From Eledone cirrhosa (lineage: Eukaryota), in NCBI GenBank assembly GCA_964016885.1, contig OZ024741.1, positions 385,764,001 to 385,828,000 on the forward strand: a stretch of 64,000 bases of DNA, read 5' to 3'. Position 1 is the stretch's first letter. The number at the start of each line of letters is the position of its first letter. The notes under the pieces are model-generated. The model had not been told where the DNA came from. It searched no databases and saw only the letters and a program-made list of their open reading frames with translations. The translations under genes and the position numbers were made by a program. Positions 1 through 10,600 of this stretch are shown one piece after another.

Positions 1-269
1 GACTGAAGAAATCAATCCATCCTGCCCCAGTTGGGATATAGACAGTCACTCGCCTGAAAGCATAACCTTCACTGCTGGTCACATCAAGTACCACCAGCTT
101 ACCCTCTGGTTACAGGAAGATGGGAGGCATCATGAGATCCAAGCCTTTCCAGAACAACAGCGACTCCATATTCCCGGCAACTTGCATACGCAGATGATGG
201 ATATGTCTGGGTCTTTTGGAAATTGGTGGTATATAAGATGAACTAATGAAAACAAAACCAGGAGAGAGT

Positions 270-995
270 ACTTGTGCAGGGAAAAGAAAATATTAAAATC
301 CAAATTAAATACTATTAATATCATGAACTATAAAGCAGCATCCAAAATGAGATGTAGTCCAGGAATAATAATAAGAACAAGGAATGTGATAACAATATAC
401 AGAGCCTTACACGGAGAGGCAGATATCAACAGGCTATATTTCAACAGAAAAGAGGGAGGACGGGGATAGAGGTAGAGAACCTGAGGAAATGTGTTGCTGA
501 TAGTGAAGAAGTGCTCTTCACTATCAGTAGAGAAACTAAATGTAGAGATACTAAATGAAGGGAAGGAAAAAAGTCAAGTCCTAAAAACTAGATAGCAACA
601 ATATGAACAGAAAACTTTATATAGAAACTTTTTTCAAAGGGTATTGAGATGACAAGTCATTCTAATGGTTAAAGGGAGATCTGAAGTGAGAGACAGAGCA
701 CTTAATCTTAGCAGCATAGGATCAGGTAATCAGGATGAGATATATCAGAGAGAATATAGACACAAAGAATACATCTTGGTTGCATGTAGAATATGTTGTG
801 AAAGGAAAAATATGGTGGCACATACGGTCTCTGAATGTAATATGCTTGCTTAAAAATATTATAAGAACTGGAGACATGTCAAAATTGCCACAATTTTACA
901 TTGACAAATGTGTAAAGTTTGAATTTGACCATGCAAAGAAGTGGCATGGCCACAAAATAGAATGTGTCCTTGATTACACACATGCAAATGTATTA
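270..995 (+). mobile_element. Degenerate R4/Dong-like non-LTR retrotransposon fragment
   Basis: ALHGEADINRLYFNRKEGGRG followed by a CRIC...HTVSEC CCHC knuckle and KWHGH, with frameshifts. Confidence 0.7.
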
Positions 996-1229
996 TAGTT
1001 TTGAGGGGCATGGAACAATGGTTAGGTGGTAGTATACAATTGAAGTGATCTAAGTGTTGGCCACCTTCACATGACCTTTGAGGAACAGCATTTTTCTCAG
1101 CCCATTTCTGAGTGAGATTAGTTCATGACCTTTTACAGTTCTTTGTCTACTTAAATGTCGAGTTGAAACCAGATCCTGAGCACTTTAACTAGGCTGGCAT
1201 GAGCTTGCCTTTTCATGTGCTGAGTTGCA

Positions 1230-1860
1230 AGCCGACTGACTTGTTTTGGTTGAAGTGAGCTCCTCTAAATTGCTGGTATATTTCTCGTATCTAACCCCAT
1301 AATGGGGTCATCTCTACACACAAACATAACTCTCTTGTATCCCAGTTTAAAGTGGAATTCCTCTCAGTTCTTTACAACAGAGATTCCAATGCTAACACAT
1401 AAAGCAGATAGGTAAGGGATTATCCTTGATAAACCAAGCAATCAATGAAAAATGATTCTGATAAATGGCCATTTAGTCGGAATACCGAACAAGTGCTGCT
1501 GTACGATGGAGCAATACAGTTTCTGTAAACAGGACCAAAAACAGCTGCGTTTAAAACAGCCTCCAAGTAGCAATGGTTGATCCAGTCAAATGCTCTGCTT
1601 CCTCACTGAAGCCAGATCTATTTTCAAACCACTTGATGATGTATCACATGAGGCAGAGGAATTCATGGATAGATCTGCCAAGGATCGAAACAGGTTCACT
1701 TGTTTCCAAATATACTATCAATAGCAAGTGCTAACCTATTGATGAATAACTGTGAAAATCTTCAGCCCTGTGTTCAGTAGAATTACAGGCCTGAAGTTCT
1801 CTATCATATTCTCCTGGTTCAGATCTTTTCTTAGCTGTGTTATCACTCCCACTGGCTCAA
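1230..1860 (-). mobile_element. Degenerate L1/Tx1-like LINE RT fragment
   Basis: Minus strand reads ENFRPVILLNTGLKIF, GRSIHE and AFDWINHCYLEAVL with stops and frameshifts. Confidence 0.7.
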
Positions 1861-2300
1861 AACACTGCTGGAACTGAGTAGCACAAACCTATTGTATACC
1901 ATCAACGACTGAATTGTGGCTTATTTGCCATGTCACACCTACACTATCAAATGACTCTCATTCTCTTGACACAACTGAAGGTTCTCCCAACCCTTTGTTT
2001 GGCAAGTTTTCTATGGCTGGATGCCTTTCCTATGACTAACCACTTTAGAGTGTGTACTGGATTCTTTTATTGCGTAGGTCACCAACATTTGGGAAGCTGT
2101 CATACCCTTGGCATGACTGAGGGGTTTTCCTATCATTTTGCTTGGCAAGCTTTCTATGGCTGGATGCCCTTGCTATCACCAACCATCTTACAGCATGTAC
2201 AGGGTGTGTTTATCATATAGATCACCAACACTAAAGAGGTTGCCATACTGTGACATGACTAAAGGGTCCTCTGATCCTTCCTTTTCTCTCTCTCTCATTC

Positions 2301-2338
<38 letters not shown>

Positions 2339-2774
2339 TTGTGTGTGTGTGTACTGATACAGTGCTTTAAAACACTCAGGTTTTTTTTAATATCCTGGCA
2401 TTTTCTAATTCACCTCTAAAATTTGTTGGAACACTTGCAGACCATACAGGTTGCACATGAGGTAGCACATGCATGCTATGGCACAATATGTTATAGTACA
2501 ATATCTTAGAGCACAGTTTGCTATAAAAAGTAACATGGGATGTTGATTGGTATTATGGATGATGTGGGATCAGTTGAAGTGAGAAGCCCACAAATCTTGC
2601 CAAGCATGCTCTTCAGTGGTAGGTGGGAGCTTGGAGCTCTCTCTCCTCACTTACATCACTAAGGCTCTTAAGAAAGTACTGAAATTCAGGAAATATTGAA
2701 AAGGATTTTTTTTTCTTTTCTGTTGTAATCTTCTTTTTAGTTAAAAGATCAACACTTGTATATTAGAGGGAATT

Positions 2775-3022
2775 GATTGACAAAATCTCAGACCTCATTC
2801 ACTTCTGGGGTGGAACTCATCAAATTGGACCAAGGGAACAATGTTTCCATTGGTCTTTCCATTGCTGATACTATCTACTGGTCGAAATTCCTGGCAGATT
2901 GAGCAACGTGAAATAAAGTGTCTTGCTCAAGGACATAATGCATCGTCTGTCCGGGAATCGAACTCGTAAGCTCACAACTGCAAATTCAACTCTATAACCA
3001 CTAAGCTACACGCCTTCACTTG
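2775..3022 (-). mobile_element. tRNA-derived SINE
   Basis: Pol III A/B-box head (tagcttagtggtt...gagttcgattcc) plus ccttgagcaagacacttta core; related copies near 22510, 23535, 35207, 36730, 43760, 49615 and 56935. Confidence 0.8.
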
Positions 3023-3030
3023 TATATTAA

Positions 3031-3031
<1 letters not shown>

Positions 3032-3062
<31 letters not shown>

Positions 3063-3620
3063 AATTATTGTGTAAAGTGCTCAGGTGCACTACAACTCGT
3101 CAAAGGTGCATGTATAGTACATAGAATAATATACAAATGTCAGGGAAGTGAATAGTGCATGAGTCATGATATACATGTGTGTATGTGTATGGAGGGGGAA
3201 CATTAGGTGTAGTGTTGGCGAATCTCAGGAAGCATGGAGGTTTTAAAGGATGCAGTGTCTCGACAGCTAACAACTGATGCAGGTAGTTTGTTCCATGCTT
3301 CAGTAACTCTGAGTCATGTTTCCGAAAGTCATTGGAACTGTGCTGTTTTCTGACTTTGTGGGCATGTCCACGTGTGTTAGACACATGGAAATCAAAAAGG
3401 TTCTCAGGATTGTTGTTGGCAAGATGGTTAATAATTTTGTGGGTGTTTACCAAATCAGTTGCCAGGCGTCGGAGCTTCAATGTATCCATGCCCAGGGAAG
3501 CAAGGCGTTCAGAGTATGGTAGATGCCTGATGGAGGGTATTCGCTTGGTTGCACGTCTCTGAACAGGCGGTCAATGTTCTGAGCAAGATAGGGGTTCCAG
3601 ACTGGTGATGCAAATTCTAA
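3032..3620 (-). mobile_element. CR1/L2-type LINE 3' fragment
   Basis: EFASPVWNPYLAQNID, LKLRRLATDL and TRGHAHK motifs; (ATT)n tail. Confidence 0.85.
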
Positions 3621-3779
3621 ATTTTAATTGTACTTATTTTCGAGCTCAAAGACCAAGTCGATCTTGAAGGGTTTCGAACTCACTAAGTAAAGAGACAAAA
3701 CTAAATACTGCAAAATTCTAATCTCAGTTCCTCCGTTACAATTTCTCTTGCTATCTTCATAATCCTAATAATCAGGTTA

Positions 3780-3996
3780 ACAGATAAAGTAAAAGCAAGG
3801 GAAGTAACCAGTTCGGTGTACGAGAGTTATCTAACTTGACAGTTTCGGCGTTGAGTTTCGAATGCCAGTCACTTCGCAACACAGCTAGCGATCTGCTTTT
3901 CCAGGGTGTACATATTTGTATATATCTTTCTAGCTTTTTATTAATTACTGAAGTTACTTGAAGGCTAACTAACTATCCCGGTCTAAATGAGTGACA
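3780..3996 (+). promoter_or_regulatory. Probable VWA8 promoter/5' UTR
   Basis: Non-repetitive stretch with locally retained CpGs immediately upstream of the ATG. Confidence 0.35.
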
Positions 3997-4111
3997 ATGT
4001 CTCTCATACGTGTATCCCGAGTGTTATTGAGATGTCAGCAATGTATAAAAACCGGACGATTGAAATTTTGGCAGGTGGACACAAATCAGACCAACAAAAA
4101 CATATATTTTG
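3997..4111 (+). CDS. VWA8: VWA8 coding exon 1 (putative mitochondrial targeting peptide)
   Basis: ATG at 3997, MSLIRVSRVLLRCQQCIKTGRLKFWQ... is Arg-rich with no acidic residues at the start; donor G|GTAACA gives phase 1, matching exon 2. No direct homology seen, so less certain than later exons. Confidence 0.65.
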
Positions 4112-4441
4112 GTAACATGCGACATTCCTCGAACGACTGTAAATATAATCTTATATATCTATCTTTATTTATTCCTATGTATATTTGTTTCAGTAGTTCC
4201 TTTATTTTCTTGCTGTTATACTGTTTTGTTTTCTGTTTATTTTACGGACAATGTCCTTGATTTTGTTGTTTTCTATTTTATGTAACCATTCAGACGTAAT
4301 TCTTTTGAAGCATTCGTACTTGTTTGTCTGTTAAACAAACATATACATTTAAATTGGAAGAGGTTGTGTAGCCGGTCCTCCCGGTAAAATAGACATATTT
4401 ACACATATACAAACGTCATTCAATTTACGAACATATTACGT

Positions 4442-4474
<33 letters not shown>

Positions 4475-4479
<5 letters not shown>

Positions 4480-4657
4480 AAAAAGAACGACCCCGACGGC
4501 AGAGCTCAAGCCGTTTCGACGGCTATTTCTGATCCAGAAATAGCCGTCGAAACGGCTTGAGCTCTGCCGTCGGGTCATTCTTTTTCCTATTACCCACTCT
4601 ACTACACTTAGTATTGAATACTTTGGTGCGTTATGGTTCCTTACCACAATTCCTTCG

Positions 4658-4659
<2 letters not shown>
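4475..4659 (+). repeat. Hammerhead-derived palindromic element, copy 1
   Basis: 116-bp near-perfect inverted repeat (4475-4590) plus a tail shared with the 23.7 kb copy; flanked by (TA)n. Confidence 0.75.
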
Positions 4660-4698
<39 letters not shown>

Positions 4699-5183
4699 TG
4701 TCATATACATATATATTATACATGTCTTGCGATTCACCACTGGATAGAATCGGTCATTCCGTTTAGTTGATCATGATATAATAGTATGAAAAGCACTCTA
4801 CGTTACGCAACTCATCCATCGTTGATGTTGAATCTCGTGGTTGGTGCAGGAACGGAGTTAAATATGAATTTAATTAAAATAACAGGAGGCCGGACTGGTA
4901 ATGTTCCTTTAAAGTTTTATTATTGCGAAAACGCTATATATATTTCAATGGCCTTGTTACGTAAGAACCTGGCGATATCATCAGGTTCCGATTGCATAAT
5001 TAGTTAATCAATAAAGGAATTACAGCAAAAACAAACAAAATATAGAAAATATTTTATTCGGAGATGGCCCGGGAAATAGGTGTTATTGTTGCTGTAGACC
5101 AGGCATGTCAAACTGAGGGTCCCCCGAAAACCACATGGGCCACACACGACAACTAATAGTGCACATATGTAATACACCCATGT

Positions 5184-5385
5184 TTTTTGTGGTCTACCTC
5201 TACTGCGTTTTCCTTCTACTGGGATTTCTTGGCACTTCTTTACCCAGCGGCCATCCTCCATGCGCATCACATGTCCATACCATCTCAGCCTTCTCTCCTG
5301 CACACCACAACTTATCACTCTTATACCCAGTTTATTTCTCAACTCGTCTATGCTTGGTCGTTCAAGCACATTGACATTGTCCATG
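5184..5385 (-). mobile_element. RTE-clade LINE 3' fragment
   Basis: QERRLRWYGHVMRMED...GRPQKTW; a similar fragment lies at 6100-6360. Confidence 0.85.
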
Positions 5386-5476
5386 TACATATGCATGTAT
5401 GTATGTAATGAATGTATGCTACAGTGTTAGTCAAGTGATTATATAAGACCATAGTGTAATTTTATCAAGCATATAA

Positions 5477-5685
5477 TGGTTTCTGATTTAGGCACTAGGC
5501 CAACAATTTGGGGGAGGGGAAAGTCGATTAAATTGACACCAATGCATTACTGGTACTTTGTTTTATCGACTCTGTAAGGATGAAAGGCAAAGCTACCTTC
5601 AGTGGGATTTGAACTCAGAGCATAAAGGGCCGTAACTATATGCCACAAAGCATGTTGTCTGATGTTACTGCCAATCCACCGCCAA
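5477..5685 (-). mobile_element. Second SINE family copy
   Basis: ggatgaaaggcaaag and gatttgaactcag motifs; related copies near 44390, 45330, 48787 and 55797. Confidence 0.7.
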
Positions 5686-7371
5686 AGCATATATTATTTG
5701 ACTATTGCCCAAGCAACAACACCCAACAGTTTTTCTCTGTTCTTTAAACTCAAACAAAGCAAGTCTTGAAAACATTCTTCACAACAATTAAACATATCTA
5801 ACACCTTTATCATGTAGTGTAATGTCTATAGTTCCTCTCTTGTCAAGATGTAGTGAGAGTGTGTGTGTAAATGAAAGAGAGAGTATGTGTCAAAGTGTAC
5901 ATTAATATGAAAAGGTATTCTACTGATAAGACACAGCTTAACAGTGCGTCCTGGATAATAACCTTGTACTCACTATCAACAAATCTTAACCTACAGCTTG
6001 AAATAGTAGCAAATCACATTGGATAGTGTAGTCCTGGACACACAATGCCTGAAAAACTATATGGAATGTCCAGTATCTTAGAGATGTTGTATTTAGTTAG
6101 AGGTGCCTACTGACTGTAGTAGGTTTCACTTTGTACTTAGGTAAGGCAGGTCTTCTGTATTACTGTGTAGCGCCAAAGATCTCGGTCCAGTGACATTGTC
6201 TTGGAGAGGTGTAAGTGTGTGAGGTCGGAATTTATCAAGTCCCAGGTTTTTCTGGGTCTGCCTACTCCATGGCTACCGGCTATTTTTATTGCCCTGCACT
6301 TTTTTATACAGCTGTCGTCTTTCATGCGCATCACGTGACCATACCAACATAGTCTTCTCTCGAGTAAACAAAGTGCATGTATATATATATGTATGTGTGT
6401 GTATCATCATCATCATCATTTCATTTTGCGTCCACTTTTTCCCTGCTTGCAAGGGTGGTACGGGAACTGATTCTGGCTTGATTTCTACAGCTGGATGCCC
6501 TTCCTAACACCAACCTCATTTGCAGTAAGTGCTGGGTGCTTTTTTGCCGTGGCACCTCCACGACCACTTTGCAGTGGAATGATATGGACCCCAGTCCCTA
6601 TCATCTCATTTCTACAGCTGAGTAAACTGGAGCAATGTGAAATAAAGTGTCTTGCTCAAGGAAACAACACATCACCCGGTATATATATATATATATATTT
6701 ATGTCAGATCAAGCTTCTGCTTGCTACAGGTACCATGTAACCCAGTATAACCTTTTTCATGGTCAAGTGGTTGGCGACTAAACCAGCTCCCCCACCAGCC
6801 AACTACACCCCTGACATGGCCCTATTCAAACAGAAAATGGTAGAGGTCAACCAAGGAGGGGTTCCTCAAACAGGAGTGAGAAGGCCCTGGATTGGATATA
6901 TATATATGTATATATAATTAGTGTTGGATGCTTAAAGCATCCGTATGCGGTAGGCCGTATGAGCACTCAATGCCCTCGTAGAGCAGAGTATGATATCACA
7001 GAAAAAAGAGAACCATTGTCGCCCAAGAAACATTTGTAATATGTCCAATAAATTCCTTTCGTTGCAACAATGATTCTCTTTTTTCTGTGATATATGTATA
7101 TATATTTAGAATATGGGGTTAACTGAACAGGGATGTATGAACCACATTATGGTCTGTCAGTTGTGAAGCAGATAAAAAGAAGCGCTCAATGACCTGTATA
7201 AATAGTACAAGCTGGAGCATTATATATTATTAAAAGATTGAAGGCCATAATCAATTGATTCAGATTTATTTAAAACTCAGTTATATATATTTCACTGAGC
7301 ACTGTCCGTTATGGTAGCCTGAGCTCTTCAGACAGCAAAACCTATAAAAACTTGAAAACTTAGAAAGTTCC

Positions 7372-7599
7372 TTAACCCTTTAGCATTCACATTACTCTAT
7401 ATATACTATTATATTTTCATGGTAAAAGCTTTACCTCGCATAATTATCTCACATAATATCGAATCTATGAGATTTTAAAAGTATTTATTTTGAGAACAAT
7501 ACCTTAACACCAGTTTGAACAACCAGTTATAGCCAGTTTCAACAGAAAGAGGTAGAGAATTCTGGCCAGTTTTGGCCGGTTTGAACATTAAAGGGTTAA
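7372..7599. mobile_element. piggyBac-like MITE (TTAA ends)
   Basis: ttaaccctttagcattc...gaacattaaagggttaa; a sister copy lies at 62975-63195. Confidence 0.8.
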
Positions 7600-7650
7600 A
7601 AAAAACATTTGAATTTGAAAGAAAAACATCTGCCATAGAAAAACCACCAC

Positions 7651-10600
7651 AAACTGTCCCTTGTTCTGTGAAACAGTCCCTTCTTCTGTGAAACTGTCCC
7701 TGGTTCGGTGAAAGTGTCCCTTTCTTGTGAAACTGTCCCTGGTTCTGTGAAACTGTCCCTAGTTCTGTGAAACTGTCCCTCTTCTGTGAAACTGTCCCTA
7801 GTTCTGTGAAACTGTCCCTAGTTCTGTGAAACTGTCCTTTGTTCTGTGAAACTATCCCTGGTTCTATGAAAGTGTCCCTTGTTCTGTGAAATTGTCTCTG
7901 GTCTCTGGTCCCTGGTTCTATGAAACTGTCCCTGTTCTGTGAAACTGTCCCTGGTTCTGTGAAACTGTCCCAGGTTCTGTGAAACTGTCCCCGGTTCTGT
8001 GAAACTGTCCCTGGTTCTATGAAACTGTCCCTTGTTCTGTGAAACTGTCCCTAGTTCTATGAAACTGTCCCTCATTCTGTGAAACTGTCCCTAGTTCTAT
8101 GAAACTGTCCCTCGTTCTGTGAAACTGTCCCTAGTTCTATGAAACTGTCCCTTGTTCTGTGAAAATGTCCCTGGTTCTGTGAAACTCCCTTGTTCTATGA
8201 AACTGTCCCTAGTTCTGTGAGACTGTGCCTAGTTCTGTGAAACTGTCCCTGGTTCTGTGAAACTGTCCCTAGTTCTATGAAACTGTCCCTTGTTCTGTGA
8301 AACTGTCCCTTGTTCTGTGAAACTGTCCCTGGTTCTATGAAACTTGCTTGTTCTGTGAGACTGTCCCTAGTTCTGTGAAACTATCCCTAGTTCTATGAAA
8401 CTGTCCCTTGTTCTGTGAAACTGTCCTAGTTCTATGAAACTTCCTTGTTCTGTGAAACTGTGCCTAGTTCTGTGAAACTGTCCCTTCTTCTGTGAAACTG
8501 TCCCTAGTTCTATGAAACTGTCCCTAGTTCTGTGAAACTGTCCCTTGTTCTATGAAACTGTCCCTGGTTCTGTGAAACTGTCCCTAGTTCTATGAAATTG
8601 TCCCTAGTTCTGTGAAACTGTCCCTTGTTCTATGAAACTGTCCCTGGTTCTGTGAAACTGTCCCTGGTTCTGTGAAACTGTCCCTGGTTCTATGAAACTG
8701 TCCCTGGTTCTGTGAGACTGTGCCTAGTTCTGTGAAACTGTCCCTAGTTCTGTGAAACTGTCACTAGTTCTATGAAACTGTCCCTTGTTCTGTGAAACTG
8801 TCCCTTGTTCTGTGAAACTGTCCCTAGTTCTATGAAACTGTCCCTTGTTCTGTGAAACTGTCCCTAGTTCTATGAAACTGTCCCTTGTTCTGTGAAACTG
8901 TCCCTGGTTCTGTGAAACTGTCCCTGGTTCTATGAAACTGTCCCTGGTTCTATGAAACTGTCCCTAGTTCTGTGAAACTGTTCCTGGTTCTGTGAGACTA
9001 TGCCTAGTTCTGTGAAACTATCCCTGGTTCTGTGAGACTGTCCCTGGTTCTGAGAAACTGTCCCTTCTGTGAAACTGTCCCTTGTTCTGTGAAACTGTCC
9101 TAGTTCTATGAAACTTCCTTGTTCTGTGAAACTGTCCCTAGTTCTATGAAACTGTCCCTGGTTCTTTGAAACTGTCCGTGGTTCTGTGAAACTGTCCCTA
9201 GTTCTTTGAAACTGTGCCTGGTTCTGTGAGACTGTCCCTAGTTCTGTGAAACTATCCCTGGTTCTGTCAAACTGTCCCTAGTTTTATGAAACTGTCCCTT
9301 GTTCTGTGAAACTGTCTTAGTTCTATGAAACTTCCTTGTTCTGTGAAACTGTCCCTAGTTCTGTGAAACTGTCCCTTCTTCTGTGAAACTGTCCCTGGTT
9401 CTGTGAAAGTGTCCATTGTTTGTGAAACTGTCCCTGGTTCTGTGAAACTGTCCCTAGTTCTGTGAAACTGTCCCTAGTTCTATGAAACTGTCCCTAGTTC
9501 TGTGAAACTGTCCCTTGTTCTATGAAACTGTCCCTGGTTCTGTGAAACTGTCCCTGGTTCTGTGAAACTGTCCCTTGTTCTATGAAACTGTCCCTGGTTC
9601 TGTGAGACTGTGCCTAGTTCTGTGAAACTGTCCCTGGTTCTATGAAACTGTCCCTAGTTCTATGAAACTGTCCCTTGTTCTGTGAAACTGTCCCTTGTTC
9701 TGTGAAACTGTCCTAGTTCTAAGAAACTGTCCCTTGTTCTGTGAAACTGTCCCTAGTTCTATGAAACTGTCCCTTGTTTTGTGAAACTGTCCCTGGTTCT
9801 ATGAAACTGTCCCTGGTTCTATGAAACTGTCCCTTGTTCTGCTAAACTGTCCCTTGTTCTGTGAAACTGTCCCTGGTTCTATGAAACTGTCCCTGGTTCT
9901 GTGAAACTGTCCCTAGTTCTTTGAAACTGTCCCTGGTTCTGTGAAACTGTCCCTTGTTCTATGAAACTGTCCCTGGTTCTGTGAAACTGTCCCTAGTTCT
10001 TTGAAACTGTCCCTGGTTCTGTGAAACTATCCCTGGTTCTGTGAAACTTCCCTAGTTGTATGAAACTGTCCCTTGTTCTGAGAAACTGTCCCCTGTTCTG
10101 CGAAACTGTCCTAGTTCTATGAAACTTCCGTGTTCTGCGAAACTGTCCCTAGTTCTGCGAAACTGTCCCTTCTTCTGTGAAAGTGTCCCTTGCTTGTGAA
10201 ACTGTCCCTGGTTCTATGAAACTGTCCCTAGTTCTGTGAAACTGTCCCTTGTTCTGTGAAACTGTCCCTAGTTCTATGAAACTGTCCCTAGTTCTGTGAA
10301 ACTGTCCCTTGTTCTATGAAACTGTCCCTGGTTCTGTGAAACTGTCCCTCGTTCTATGAAACTGTCCCTGGTTCTATGAGACTGTGCCTAGTTCTGTGAA
10401 ACTGTCCCTAGTTCTGTGAAACTGTCACTAGTTCTATGAAACTGTCCCTTGTTCTGTGAAACTGTCCCTTGTTCTGTGAAACTGTCCCTAGTTCTATGAA
10501 ACTGTCCCTTGTTCTGTGAAACTGTCCCTAGTTCTATGAAACTGCCCCTCGTTCTGTGAAACTGTCCCTAGTTCTATGAAACTGTCCCTTGTTCTGTGAA

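Noticed and set aside
103-242. Possible minus-strand exon (tag acceptor, gtaagc donor, one open frame) of a divergent gene
   Set aside because: The peptide is not recognisable, no partner exons were found, and it lies among LINE debris.
2940-3022. tRNA gene
   Set aside because: The tRNA-like head continues into a SINE core shared by many copies, with no complete cloverleaf.
4074-4080. Alternative exon 1 donor cag|gtggac
   Set aside because: Phase 0 is incompatible with the phase-1 start of exon 2 unless an unseen exon intervenes.
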